IMG/VR virus record: IMGVR_UViG_3300030100_000603
Coordinates: 1 to 64,000 of that record
Reading direction: 5' to 3' (one strand)
Source: a virus
Taxonomy: Duplodnaviria > Caudoviricetes
Length of the DNA: 64,000 nt
Shown here: in pieces, positions 26,333-36,473 of the stretch
How the letters are laid out: every line of letters starts with the position of its first letter
Position numbering within the stretch: position 1 is the stretch's first letter
Position numbers and translations under genes: made by a program
The notes under the pieces: generated by a model
What the model was told of the DNA's origin: nothing
The model's database searches: none
What the model saw: only the letters and a program-made list of their open reading frames with translations

Positions 26333-27763
26333 TTAGTTGACAGTAACGTTGAGGTTACCACGAGTAAAGTTTGCAATCTCATCGTATGCAATAACAATGT
26401 TTGAAGTAGCAGCAGGGGAACTAGATGTATCAATAAACAATGAGTCAATCTGGAAACCATACGCTGCATTGTTGATAGGTGTATACAGACGAGAATAGAT
26501 TACATCATCACCAACACCATAATTACTTGTGAAATATGCATCCAAGGTATCAGCAATCAATTCTTCGATGTTACCCGGAACAGTCTGGTTCTCAAAAGCT
26601 GATACAGTCACATCAATGTAAATATCAATTGGTTGTGGACGAGAGAAACTGATATCATGAGGAAGACCCTGTGAATCAATTACACCAATAGTAGTATTAC
26701 CGAATGATTCAATACCTGCTGGTTTTACCTGCCAGATAACATCAGCGATTGTACTTGAAGAACCACCAAGGACTACAGCACTGAATGATTTAGCAGGAAG
26801 GCCCAATGCGTCAACACCATTCGTCACATTCTCATAGACGTTAACCTCAGTGACACCTTCTACACCAAGAATGTTACTGAACAACGCATCAATCGTACCA
26901 CGAGCATTCAACTCTTTTGACTGACTGAAACGAAGTCTAAGTTCCTCATCTGTTTCCCTGAATCGACCAGGATTAGCAGCCAGAGGGTTAATGACTTCAT
27001 CCCAACCAGTAACGGGAGATGCTACAACATTAAGTGTTTCTGCTGGTTGTTCAACCGGACCTACTACCGTACATTCTGCACTGACAAGTTTTGACACACG
27101 TTGGAATGAGAGGTTACCAGTACCCAACACCACATCACGACGGAAGAAGATATCAACCCATTCAATATCAATCTGAACATCGTTGATAACTGTTGCGTTG
27201 AAATCACTAGAAGTCGTATTGATTTCTGATACCAGAGCAGCCGCAATGTCTGCCCTTGTCTCACCAGTACCCGTAGTATGACTGAAGGAATCAGCACCAA
27301 TAGTAATTGTATATTCGGTAGAATCAACAGCAGAGATTACTTCAATGACGATGCCTGAGCAATCATCTTCAGTCAGAGCAACGTTCTCAGTAGTCTGAAA
27401 CCTATTTGCTGTGAAAGTAGAATCTACAAAAGACTCTTCGGGAATAACAGTATTGTATGCACCAGATGCCAGAAGATCAACAGTGGAAGGTGATGCCTCA
27501 AAACGAGTAAGACCCGCATAGGCAACTACCCGATCAAGTGATACCCCTGTAGCAAGTGATGGATTAAATGAGTTGTATACTGCCTCAGCCAATTCCCAAA
27601 GATCAGCTTCAGAGGCAGAGGCAATTCGGATAGCGCGACCCAGAACATCATTTTCGGTAGTAGCAGCATTGGTTCCGAAAAAGTTTCTTGCGCTTGTGAT
27701 TCGGTCGTTGATAACCTCGTTTAGACGTTTGATTTCAAGACCGTTAGAAGTCAATCCTGCCAT
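26333..27763 (-). CDS. Baseplate J-like protein
   Basis: ATGVSLD, GRFRETDEELR, KPAGIE, YSRLY. Confidence 0.85.
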   Translation of the reverse strand: MAGLTSNGLEIKRLNEVINDRITSARNFFGTNAATTENDVLGRAIRIASASEADLWELAEAVYNSFNPSLATGVSLDRVVAYAGLTRFEASPSTVDLLASGAYNTVIPEESFVDSTFTANRFQTTENVALTEDDCSGIVIEVISAVDSTEYTITIGADSFSHTTGTGETRADIAAALVSEINTTSSDFNATVINDVQIDIEWVDIFFRRDVVLGTGNLSFQRVSKLVSAECTVVGPVEQPAETLNVVASPVTGWDEVINPLAANPGRFRETDEELRLRFSQSKELNARGTIDALFSNILGVEGVTEVNVYENVTNGVDALGLPAKSFSAVVLGGSSSTIADVIWQVKPAGIESFGNTTIGVIDSQGLPHDISFSRPQPIDIYIDVTVSAFENQTVPGNIEELIADTLDAYFTSNYGVGDDVIYSRLYTPINNAAYGFQIDSLFIDTSSSPAATSNIVIAYDEIANFTRGNLNVTVN

Positions 27764-27778
27764 GTGATTACCCTTTGC

Positions 27779-28144
27779 TTAAAGTTCAATTTCAATAGGA
27801 ATTGGTTCATCATCACTTGTGGAATTAACAACAAAAGAAATAGTCATTCGTCTGTTCCGGCTGTCCAGATTGGACTCATATGAACGAAGACTTACTACTT
27901 CAGGTTCTTCCGTAATGGCTCTTTGGAAGATAATATCAATGGTTTCTTTTGCTGCATTCTTTCCAAGGATTCGTTGATACCAAGGGATACCCAAGTTCTG
28001 ATCGAGGAACCACTCACCTTGGAAGGTCAACAGTTTCACCTTCAAACGTTGAGCGAGTGATTCATCCTCAGTAAGTGTCAACTTGAAATCCCCATTCACC
28101 AATTCCAGATCATGTGTGGACGAGTCAAGTCTAAGATCAGGCAT
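27779..28144 (-). CDS. Baseplate wedge/sheath initiator (gp25/Mu gp46-like)
   Basis: QRLKVKLLTFQGEWFLDQNLGIPW. Confidence 0.8.
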   Translation of the reverse strand: MPDLRLDSSTHDLELVNGDFKLTLTEDESLAQRLKVKLLTFQGEWFLDQNLGIPWYQRILGKNAAKETIDIIFQRAITEEPEVVSLRSYESNLDSRNRRMTISFVVNSTSDDEPIPIEIEL

Positions 28145-28149
28145 ATCTA

Positions 28150-28734
28150 TTAGCTCCACAAATATTCTGTAATTACAAATTGATCCAGAAGTTTATTAGA
28201 CTTTGATTTATTTTCTTCGGCAGGTAAAACTTGTAAGTTATACCAAACATGAAGACCGCTTACATTCTTTCCCCGTAATGGGATAATGTGGTCAACCTCG
28301 TAAGGTGTACCACTTGTAATTGTCATCTCACTTGAGTATTGATATATTCTCTCGATGAGATAATTATTCCTTTCCCCAAGTTCACCTGAAAGTTTTAATG
28401 TGCGTTTTTCTTTGTCTAACTTATATCGCACACTATAAAGAAGCACTTTATGCTTATTTTTACTTCTCCATATTCGACCGTTCTCTTTCACCCGATCTTT
28501 ATTTTCCTGATACCATTTTCTGAAGTAATCTAAGTTTTCATAATAATATTGCTTAGAATATCCTTTTTCAACTTGTCGTTTTGAAGATTCGTTATCACAC
28601 ATTACACAATAACGATTCTTGGTTCTTCTTTTATAAATGTGACCATTTTTACATGGTTTGTTTGTGAAATAAAATTCAGAACCTCTTTTCATTGCTTCTG
28701 AATAACTTTTCGGTAAATCCTTAAATTCATCCAT
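28150..28734 (-). CDS. Zn-ribbon HNH endonuclease
   Basis: [15 protein letters not shown]; [23 protein letters not shown]. Confidence 0.88.
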   Translation of the reverse strand: MDEFKDLPKSYSEAMKRGSEFYFTNKPCKNGHIYKRRTKNRYCVMCDNESSKRQVEKGYSKQYYYENLDYFRKWYQENKDRVKENGRIWRSKNKHKVLLYSVRYKLDKEKRTLKLSGELGERNNYLIERIYQYSSEMTITSGTPYEVDHIIPLRGKNVSGLHVWYNLQVLPAEENKSKSNKLLDQFVITEYLWS

Positions 28735-28749
28735 ATTTTATAACCTCTG

Positions 28750-28818
28750 TCTAGGTTGAAATAAAAAGCACCTAGATGATGAGACAGCATCACCAAGGGA
28801 GCTACCCTGTTCGGTGCT
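28750..28818 (-). ncRNA. Structured leader motif A upstream of HNH gene
   Basis: AGCACC/GGTGCT closing stem enclosing AGGG-TAGCT-CCCT and GTGATG/CATCAT hairpins, then U-tract; homologous to 48234-48300. Confidence 0.6.
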
Positions 28819-28831
28819 AAAAAGTTACCTA

Positions 28832-29668
28832 TTAGTTCGGGGAAGAAGTAGTACCACCAGAGTCACCATCATGAGTGTGGTTGACGAGTGAAACACCACT
28901 AGCAACAACATCACTATCAGAAGTAACATTGCCTGTAATACTAAAGTCACCAGTAATACTTGCAGTAGAACCACCAGCAGTACCGCTACCAATCATACCA
29001 GAGGTATAAGTGAATGTACCCTGAACAAGCATATCACCAGTAACAGTGGTACTTGGTGAATCAATAGTAGTGCTACTTGATGCATTGATTTCTGCGGTAG
29101 AAGTATTCACAACAGATTCTTGACAGTTCACTTCAACCTTGTTTCCTGGTGCATTGATGATTACATCACCACCCTTGGTAAGCCTTACCTCACATTCAGC
29201 AGAAGTACCAATGTTATGAGACATTACGGTATCATCTGTACTGTGTGACAAGGAACGCTTGGATGGGTTATTCACAGCATCAGGGAAACCAAACAGACCG
29301 GGAATCGCCATAGCATCCTTACGAGAAAACTTGGACAAGTCAGTAGGTCGGTGAGGTTCTTTTACACCCAATTTGAACTGTGAAATAGATCGTTGTGAAA
29401 AAATACACAGAACAGTATCACCAACGTTCACCGGGAAACTGAACTGTGAAGTAGAACTACCTGGAAAGATAAGTGGAACACTCAACACCACAGGATGAGA
29501 AAGTGTCTGGTCATCAGGTTTAACCCTGTCAACAAGTAACTGTACATCTACCCTTTGTTCAGGAAGAGAGACAACACTCTGTACAACAGCAGGCATTGCA
29601 GTAAACATTTGCCTTGCTGCATTCCCCACGTATTGTTTAATTAGTCCTTCAAGTCCGATATTCTCCAT
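28832..29668 (-). CDS. Baseplate spike (gpV/gp138-like)
   Basis: FPVNVGDTVLCIFSQR, beta-helix repeats, C-terminal HTH metal tip. Confidence 0.85.
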   Translation of the reverse strand: MENIGLEGLIKQYVGNAARQMFTAMPAVVQSVVSLPEQRVDVQLLVDRVKPDDQTLSHPVVLSVPLIFPGSSTSQFSFPVNVGDTVLCIFSQRSISQFKLGVKEPHRPTDLSKFSRKDAMAIPGLFGFPDAVNNPSKRSLSHSTDDTVMSHNIGTSAECEVRLTKGGDVIINAPGNKVEVNCQESVVNTSTAEINASSSTTIDSPSTTVTGDMLVQGTFTYTSGMIGSGTAGGSTASITGDFSITGNVTSDSDVVASGVSLVNHTHDGDSGGTTSSPN

Positions 29669-29671
29669 TTG

Positions 29672-30583
29672 TTAGACCTCGTTAGCATTCAGTTTGGAGC
29701 AATGACAGAGGGCTTCCCATTTATTACCGCGCCAATCACCAGTATATTCAACACTATTAACCCGAAAGACTCCCTCGATGGAAGAACCTTTAAGGGACAC
29801 GGCAGACCCAGGTTGAATAAGAGGATTGATTAATGACCTGAACTTTACACCCTTCTTTCTTGTCGTATCGTCCTTCAGCTTCTTTCCGTCAGCACTAGCG
29901 AACGTAGGTTCACCAAGTAAGCCGCTCGATGGGGAAATAACAAAAGCACGTTGAACAGAGTTGGGTGATTCATATTTGTTCGGATCATTGACGTAAAGAC
30001 GTTGACCATCAATGCGGTAATTAAAGTCGAAGTCCCTAGCCATCTCACTGAGAATTGATTTCACATCACCTTCAACCGGATAACCAAAGTCAAAAGGACG
30101 ATCAATATTGGTACTGTTGAATGAGGCACGAGTGATGGTGTTGGACTGACCAATCAGAAAGTTGATTACTTGTCGTGGTGTAGTCTTAGCAGGGAAAGTC
30201 TTTGAAATGGATGGTTGATATACAAGATAGTCAGCAGGAACAGCTTGAATTGTTGTACGTCTATCTTCCCTTGAGCTACCATCATCCGTTTCAACCTCAG
30301 AAATCATTCCCCTGAAAAGAATCTTGTTGTTATTGTTATACCCAACCTTCAGGATGATTGCCATTGAATCTTGCTGAATGTAGTTTATAGAATCTTCTGA
30401 AAGATTTACAAGATCAATTTTACAGGTGTTACTTTCTTCTTTATTGTCAATATGTTTTTTGATCTTGAAAGTCATCTGCAACCCTGTACTTGCAGCCTCA
30501 TCCCCAATTATCTGTAAACCCTTTCCAGAGTTGGGGGAACCAATGATTAGTTCATATGTTCTTCGAAATTGTAAATCTTCCAT
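29672..30583 (-). CDS. Baseplate hub protein
   Basis: LKVGY..ILFRG, SGLLGEP, SLINPLIQPG; position before spike. Confidence 0.75.
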   Translation of the reverse strand: MEDLQFRRTYELIIGSPNSGKGLQIIGDEAASTGLQMTFKIKKHIDNKEESNTCKIDLVNLSEDSINYIQQDSMAIILKVGYNNNNKILFRGMISEVETDDGSSREDRRTTIQAVPADYLVYQPSISKTFPAKTTPRQVINFLIGQSNTITRASFNSTNIDRPFDFGYPVEGDVKSILSEMARDFDFNYRIDGQRLYVNDPNKYESPNSVQRAFVISPSSGLLGEPTFASADGKKLKDDTTRKKGVKFRSLINPLIQPGSAVSLKGSSIEGVFRVNSVEYTGDWRGNKWEALCHCSKLNANEV

Positions 30584-30586
30584 TGG

Positions 30587-30937
30587 TTATACCCCTTGAA
30601 TCGTTTCCAATCCCTCACTATCTAAGTAAATCAACTGATGGGTTAGATCAAGCCTTCTTGGGTTTGGGATTGATGAATTAGAAAAACTTGCTTCTTCTAT
30701 TGGTAGAAGTATAAAAGTACCTTCAGGTGAAACAAGTGAATACTGACCAAGTAGATCAAATAGTGGAACAAGTTGAATACCCCTGATGATGAATGTTTCC
30801 TCAGCATCGGAGATATCCATAAGGTAACCCTCAGAACGAGAAGAGTAACGAAATGTCAGATTATATTCAGCACCAGACAAGTCAATACTATATGAGTAGT
30901 AGGGGTTATTATACAGTGGACATTTTACAACAGCCAT
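30587..30937 (-). CDS. Baseplate/virion structural protein
   Basis: Position between tube initiator and hub. Confidence 0.65.
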   Translation of the reverse strand: MAVVKCPLYNNPYYSYSIDLSGAEYNLTFRYSSRSEGYLMDISDAEETFIIRGIQLVPLFDLLGQYSLVSPEGTFILLPIEEASFSNSSIPNPRRLDLTHQLIYLDSEGLETIQGV

Positions 30938-30938
30938 G

Positions 30939-31760
30939 TTAATTCCCCCCGTTAACGAATGATGATTGACCAGTTATCAATGCTCCAACTTCCCTTACAA
31001 TATCACCAGCAACACCACCGGCAATACTCTCAATTGCCCTCTCATCCCTTTCCCTGTCTGTCTGATCCCCTTGTTCCGTTTTCGCAGCAGCGGAATCAGC
31101 AACTTCTTCAGCAGGTTGGGTACTTTGACGAGAACCACTAATCTGAACATCTACCTCTTTGATTGTGACAAAACGTACTTGTCGGAATGTCAGGTTTGCA
31201 ATAAATGAATCGCCAGTATCTACTTCTTCTGTATCTTCTAAACGTTCAAGAATACAGTTTTCAATAAGGCGAGTGGATGCACTCCTACCAGTCGAAGTGT
31301 CGTAATCATAGTCAAGAATGGTTACTAATTCTGACTTATCCCAGGCATCATAAAGCCTGTCTCTTGCAATCTCATGTGTGTACCCACGGAATGGATCAAC
31401 AGAAATGCTTGAGAAAGAAGGACTACTAATGAACTGCTGAATACTTCCCGGTAGCTTACTGAGCAGATCAGAAGGGGCATCAATAACTGCCCCATTGACT
31501 GGTTGATTGTAAGCACGAGTTACCGCACCCTCGCTACCAGAAAGAATCTGCGGTGAACGAGTGTACGGATTATGGAAGTCAGCGGCACTAATAATAGCCC
31601 TCATGGAAAATACAGGATTCTGTTTTGACACATGATCCGTAATTCGACTTGATGCATCTACAGGATGACTAGAGACACTACTTGAACGGGATTTACTATA
31701 AGAAGTAACCGCATCCAAGTACATCACATCATCGTTTTCAAACAGTAGAGCTAAAGCCAT
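30939..31760 (-). CDS. Tail tube initiator / baseplate protein
   Basis: SSHPVD...ITDH, FRQVRFV; follows tape measure. Confidence 0.7.
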   Translation of the reverse strand: MALALLFENDDVMYLDAVTSYSKSRSSSVSSHPVDASSRITDHVSKQNPVFSMRAIISAADFHNPYTRSPQILSGSEGAVTRAYNQPVNGAVIDAPSDLLSKLPGSIQQFISSPSFSSISVDPFRGYTHEIARDRLYDAWDKSELVTILDYDYDTSTGRSASTRLIENCILERLEDTEEVDTGDSFIANLTFRQVRFVTIKEVDVQISGSRQSTQPAEEVADSAAAKTEQGDQTDRERDERAIESIAGGVAGDIVREVGALITGQSSFVNGGN

Positions 31761-31772
31761 AATATTTACCTT

Positions 31773-33995
31773 TTACTTTTCAGTTACGGGATCACTTGCA
31801 CTAGCAGGACGAATAAGTTGTTCGTTGATTACCCGAATAACTTCATCCGAAATTTCAGTAGCATTGTTTCCAGTAATATTGAAAGTTGCTGTAAAGTTGT
31901 TCTGAGTCGGTGCCCTGTTCAACCAAGAATCGAAATGGTTAAACCCTCGTTTCGTACTTTCAATTGGTTGAATATCAGGTTTCTCAGCACCAGTCAACAT
32001 ATCCCAACCTTTCGCTAAATCACCCGGAATACGTGAAAGTTTATCCATGAATGATGGTTCATCACCACCCAAGTTCATGTCTTTCATTCGTTGACCAACA
32101 CCGATACCAGTATCAACCATGGGGTTATTGATCGCATCAGTTACCAACGCACCAACAGCGAAACCAGCGAGTGCAGTAGAACCCACTGCCAATCCAGCGC
32201 CAGCGAGTGCGCCAGAGGTTAGGCCAGTCCTAGCTGCACCACCACCAGCAGCAGCGGCTCCACCGGCAGCACCACCAGCCGCGACACCACCTTTGATGAG
32301 GTTCTTTATGCCACGCAGTCTGGTCAGAACCGTTAAGAGTACAGCAGCAGCACTACCAAGGGTGATAACCCATTCTTCCCAAGACAGGTTTCCTTCCTCA
32401 AGGTATTTGGTAACACCAGAAATCAGGGCAGGAAGAGCAACAAAGAAGACAAGGAGTTTACGACCCCATTTCCACAAGGAAGCGAAAAGACCAACCCAGA
32501 GTTGTAACTTTTCAATATTTCCTTCTGATTCATCAACGAACTCACTTACCTTTCGTCCCATGAAACCAAGTGCTTCACCCAATGCACGCAGAGGATAGAT
32601 CAAGACTTGAGAACTATCACCGAGGAATTTAAACAACCCTTCGGACGTTTTGAAGAATTCACTGAATACATTAATCAGAATCCTGATATTACGATCAAAA
32701 CCCGATTCATTGAATACAGCGTTTGCCTTATAGAGATTAGTACGGAAACGACCAATTGCCGCACCAGTAGAGTTTACAGCAGCTTCGAGCGCACCACCGG
32801 CTTCGGCTGTCTTCAGAAGTTCAGCGGCAAATACCGGAAGGAATTCTTCTGATGCAAGCTTACCCTCTTCCATTGCTTTAAACAGTGATTGGGTAGTTGC
32901 ATCCTGAGTGATACCAAGTTGATGAGCAGCACGAGCAGCAGCCTGCATACTACCGGGCAGACGTTCACCAAGCTGGTTCTTCAATTCCTCAGCCATCACG
33001 GTGCCCTTGTTCATAATCTGCGTTACAGCAGTGAACACACCTTGAGTATCAGCAGCGGAGAGGTTAAGTACCCTCGCCTGAGCAGAAACACCTTCAAAGA
33101 TATCCCTTACACCCTGACCTTCAACTGAAGTACCTTTGGCAGCAGCAGCAAGACCAGTAAAGGATTTACCAAGATCACCAACAAATACACCCATCCGATC
33201 AGACAGGTTCATCAGGTATTCCATTTCCTTACCGGCTTGTTCAACACTCCCTGTAGCAGCCGTTAAACCCTGCTCCATGGCGATGAAGCTCTGGTAAGCC
33301 ATTACCGATTGAGCAGCAGCGAAACCACCAGCCAGAGCACCAAGACCAACGTCAGAGTGAAGGGCAGAGATGATACCGTGAGTACCCTTCTGTCTTGGAT
33401 CAGCACCACCCGCATACGGACCAGTTCTAGCCTGTCCTGTTCTACCAGCACCAGCAGTTGCGGTCTGCGCGGACTGAATGCGTCGATATTCACGGTAAAT
33501 ACCTTCAAGAATCCGTCTGCGTTCTTCAAGGGTGATGTTACCTGCCCTGTATTGCCTATTCACGTAAGAAGCGTTTGTACGCAATTCTTTCAACTGGAAG
33601 TTGCGCTTATCAAACATCTTCTCAACACGAAGAAGTTGTTGCTTATTCTTATTATATGCGGCTGTTTCAATCTTGCTGATTTGTTGTGTTACACGCTTCC
33701 TTGCTTCACCATATTCTTCAGCGGAAATCCTATTCTGAAACATTGCCCCATCAAGACGCCTCAAATCCTTTCTCATCTGCTCAAGTGAAGGTCTTACCTT
33801 TGAGTAGTTGGATTTGATTTCCTTAAATAATGCGCTCTGCTTCTTTCTGGTCCTGTCAGTAGCACCAGAGATACCTTCCTTAGAATCAATCTTTTTCTTT
33901 ACAGATTTAAGATCATTCTCGAATGCCTTCAACCCGGTTCTATCAACTTTAAAACCGAGGGATGCAAACAATTTTGCAATTGGACTTTCTGCCAT
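31773..33995 (-). CDS. Tape measure protein
   Basis: 740 aa helical; QIMNKGTVMAEELKNQLGERLPG tape-measure motif. Confidence 0.9.
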   Translation of the reverse strand: MAESPIAKLFASLGFKVDRTGLKAFENDLKSVKKKIDSKEGISGATDRTRKKQSALFKEIKSNYSKVRPSLEQMRKDLRRLDGAMFQNRISAEEYGEARKRVTQQISKIETAAYNKNKQQLLRVEKMFDKRNFQLKELRTNASYVNRQYRAGNITLEERRRILEGIYREYRRIQSAQTATAGAGRTGQARTGPYAGGADPRQKGTHGIISALHSDVGLGALAGGFAAAQSVMAYQSFIAMEQGLTAATGSVEQAGKEMEYLMNLSDRMGVFVGDLGKSFTGLAAAAKGTSVEGQGVRDIFEGVSAQARVLNLSAADTQGVFTAVTQIMNKGTVMAEELKNQLGERLPGSMQAAARAAHQLGITQDATTQSLFKAMEEGKLASEEFLPVFAAELLKTAEAGGALEAAVNSTGAAIGRFRTNLYKANAVFNESGFDRNIRILINVFSEFFKTSEGLFKFLGDSSQVLIYPLRALGEALGFMGRKVSEFVDESEGNIEKLQLWVGLFASLWKWGRKLLVFFVALPALISGVTKYLEEGNLSWEEWVITLGSAAAVLLTVLTRLRGIKNLIKGGVAAGGAAGGAAAAGGGAARTGLTSGALAGAGLAVGSTALAGFAVGALVTDAINNPMVDTGIGVGQRMKDMNLGGDEPSFMDKLSRIPGDLAKGWDMLTGAEKPDIQPIESTKRGFNHFDSWLNRAPTQNNFTATFNITGNNATEISDEVIRVINEQLIRPASASDPVTEK

Positions 33996-34000
33996 AATTA

Positions 34001-34304
34001 TTACCTACCATTTAGTTTGTTTTGCTGTTCGGCATCCTTATGTGCAGCAGATTCTAGGTCTGTTTCAATATCAATAATCTCTATTAGATCGTAAGCATCT
34101 TCAACCGAATAATCACGATCTAACTCAATCAAAGATGCCTTACCCTTTGAAACAATCAGGTATATCTCTGGTTCTATCTGCGAATTCTCTTCGTAATTTC
34201 TCCAAACATTCATTGAATGCCGTTGAGCATTCTGAGAGGAACTATTACCCTCCCCGGCAGATTCGTTTACTTGTCCTCGTCTGTACCGGGGAGTTCGGAA
34301 AAAA
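34001..34304 (-). CDS. Tail chaperone extension (probable -1 frameshift product)
   Basis: -1 frame open from just before T6 run (34299-34304) to 34001; no SD before internal ATG 34213. Confidence 0.5.
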
Positions 34305-34638
34305 TGTCTGCGAAGTTGAATTCAATGATTTCCCAGAGAAGCCGAAACAGTGTGCTGTAGTTTCTACTAAAATACTTATCGTAATCTACAGCATATTTAT
34401 TTACAGTAGTTTCAGAAAGAAGTTCTTCAATAGTTTTATCGTCTAGTTCATCCAGATTTTCCGCTACAACAGACAAAACATCAGCGAATGTTACATTCTC
34501 TTGACCACTGTACATTGTCCCGAGAGCAGGAAGAACGATTTTAGCAACTTTCTTGCCAAGTTTAATCCCCTTCCTGGCACCAAACGAAGTAATGATAAAA
34601 GTATCGCCGTTGATCTCTACAGTCTTCTGTTCACGCAT
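34267..34638 (-). CDS. Tail assembly chaperone
   Basis: Position between tube genes and tape measure. Confidence 0.75.
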   Translation of the reverse strand: MREQKTVEINGDTFIITSFGARKGIKLGKKVAKIVLPALGTMYSGQENVTFADVLSVVAENLDELDDKTIEELLSETTVNKYAVDYDKYFSRNYSTLFRLLWEIIEFNFADIFSELPGTDEDK

Positions 34639-34650
34639 ATTACACCCCAC

Positions 34651-35364
34651 TTATTTTAAAAATTTTCCGTATAGATTGATCTTGGAAGGGTAATCCTTCA
34701 AGTACTCCTCCAAAGTTTTTTCTAATTTATCCCTATTATCTTCTTTGTACATAGGGATAAGATTTCCCAAAGAATTAATTTCTCTAACACTTGTTATTCC
34801 AAACTCTTCCATTCTAGAGATTGGTGTTGCATGGTCAATTTCCCAAACTTCTCCGTAGTTATCCCACGACATTCCATCTAAAAAATTATCCTCCAAGTGT
34901 TCTCTAAGCATATCTCGATCATACCCAAGTAACTCACAGGTGGGACTATTTTTACTTACACCTAACTCATTCAACGCCCTTCTGAGCATTGACCTGCTAA
35001 TACGCCTGATTCGATAATTTACATCGTGATTGTAACGATGTTTGTAGATTTCTCTGGCACGTTTCCTTTTTTGTGGTTTGTAGCTCTCCACCTTGTCCCG
35101 ATTATTTTCACGCCACTTCTTAAAATAGTCAGGATTCCTCTCTCTCCATTCTTTCCTAATTTTAAGCATTGAGTCTCTGTTTCTCTGATAATACTCGGCC
35201 CGGCTTTCTTTAGAATAATTATTTTCACAGACCGAGCACTTACCAGTTGTTGTTCTCCTTTTAGCGATGTGACCATGTTTACATGATACTCCCGTGTAAT
35301 ACCATTTCGAGTTCACGGCTTTCGCCTCTTTGCGGGAATTAGGCAGATTGTCATATTGTTCCAT
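34651..35364 (-). CDS. Zn-ribbon HNH-like endonuclease
   Basis: YYTGVSCKHGH..CSVC; LLGY..HLE..F..GMSWDNYG..WEIDH. Confidence 0.82.
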   Translation of the reverse strand: MEQYDNLPNSRKEAKAVNSKWYYTGVSCKHGHIAKRRTTTGKCSVCENNYSKESRAEYYQRNRDSMLKIRKEWRERNPDYFKKWRENNRDKVESYKPQKRKRAREIYKHRYNHDVNYRIRRISRSMLRRALNELGVSKNSPTCELLGYDRDMLREHLEDNFLDGMSWDNYGEVWEIDHATPISRMEEFGITSVREINSLGNLIPMYKEDNRDKLEKTLEEYLKDYPSKINLYGKFLK

Positions 35365-35391
35365 TCCGTTCTCCTTTTGATGTGGAATTCC

Positions 35392-35421
35392 ATCTTACCA
35401 CAAAACAATGAAACAAGTCAA
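35392..35421 (-). promoter_or_regulatory. Sigma70-like promoter of inserted endonuclease
   Basis: TTGACT-N18-TAAGAT, SD AAGGAG downstream. Confidence 0.7.
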
Positions 35422-35427
35422 GTATGA

Positions 35428-35898
35428 TTAAAAAATATTTAGATTATCCAGAATGTCAAAGGGACTTCTTTCGTTACCACCAACTTCATATGTTGTAATG
35501 AATTCAAAGTTGATAGTCCATTCCCGAGGTGTTGTCGATGCAGCACCGTAGGAAAGATTTGGTGTGGACGCAAGATAAGCATTACCAAATTGAAGAGAAG
35601 TCTGACCTCCAACATCACGAATAGTCAGAAGAAGATGACCCGTCTGATTAACGTCATCCTGATATGCAAGTTCACTCAAAAGATCATTCTGATTGGATGT
35701 TTGCATCAGGGAGAATGTAACACTACCAGAACGATCCCTTGTTCTAACCCGAGTATGTTTACCCCTAATTCCTCTCACCTGCATGAAGTTGGGACTGTTC
35801 TTATTGATATTTATAAATGTCCCATTCGCAAAATCAGTAATGAGATAATCATTGATACTGAATACAATATCTTTAGGGGAGAATGTTGCTAGTTTCAT
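35428..35898 (-). CDS. Tail tube-like protein (paralogue 3)
   Basis: TFSPKD start, L.QTS.SN.L, REW motif shared with 35900 and 36474. Confidence 0.7.
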   Translation of the reverse strand: MKLATFSPKDIVFSINDYLITDFANGTFININKNSPNFMQVRGIRGKHTRVRTRDRSGSVTFSLMQTSNQNDLLSELAYQDDVNQTGHLLLTIRDVGGQTSLQFGNAYLASTPNLSYGAASTTPREWTINFEFITTYEVGGNERSPFDILDNLNIF

Positions 35899-35899
35899 A

Positions 35900-36409
35900 T
35901 TAGATCACCCCAAGATTATTTCCGAATTGAGAAAGGAGAGAGGCAAGCTGTGCAATCTGAACTTCACCTTCAGATGTACCCACACCGTTACCACCGATAC
36001 CGAAGACCATTTCAGTACATTTTATTGACCAAGTTCGGTCTTGGTGGGTATTGGAGTAGGAAGCACTAGGGGGAGATTCAATCCAACAGGAGGCAGCAAA
36101 AAAGATTGAGTTTCCTGATGAATCTTTGACGAATACCGGGAAGGCTGCTGATCGTGTCACATCATCAATCGCAGAAAGGGCATTCAGAACAGTATTGGAA
36201 GGACTAGTTTGTGAAAGAGTGATTTCCAACGTGTAAGTTGCATCAGAGATGTGTGTTCGTTCAACACCACCCGTAGCACCCTTTTGCGTGGAATATAGCG
36301 CAGCATCTTTTGTTATACTTACGATTGACCCAGGTGAGAAACCTGCAATCTCATAAAGAGAAGCAATAGACACTGTTACTTCAGAGGGTGCATATGTCTG
36401 AGGTAACAT
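35900..36409 (-). CDS. Tail tube-like protein (paralogue 2)
   Basis: TYAPSEV, LSQTSPSN, VKDSSG, RTWSI. Confidence 0.7.
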   Translation of the reverse strand: MLPQTYAPSEVTVSIASLYEIAGFSPGSIVSITKDAALYSTQKGATGGVERTHISDATYTLEITLSQTSPSNTVLNALSAIDDVTRSAAFPVFVKDSSGNSIFFAASCWIESPPSASYSNTHQDRTWSIKCTEMVFGIGGNGVGTSEGEVQIAQLASLLSQFGNNLGVI

Positions 36410-36429
36410 TAGCGTAACCTCCTTTGTTC

Positions 36430-36456
36430 AAAAGTAAGGGCGGCGTTGCACCGCCC
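36430..36456 (-). terminator. Intrinsic terminator after major tube gene
   Basis: GGGCGG-TGCAACG-CCGCCC-TTACTTTT. Confidence 0.7.
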
Positions 36457-36473
36457 AAACATATCAGCCGATG

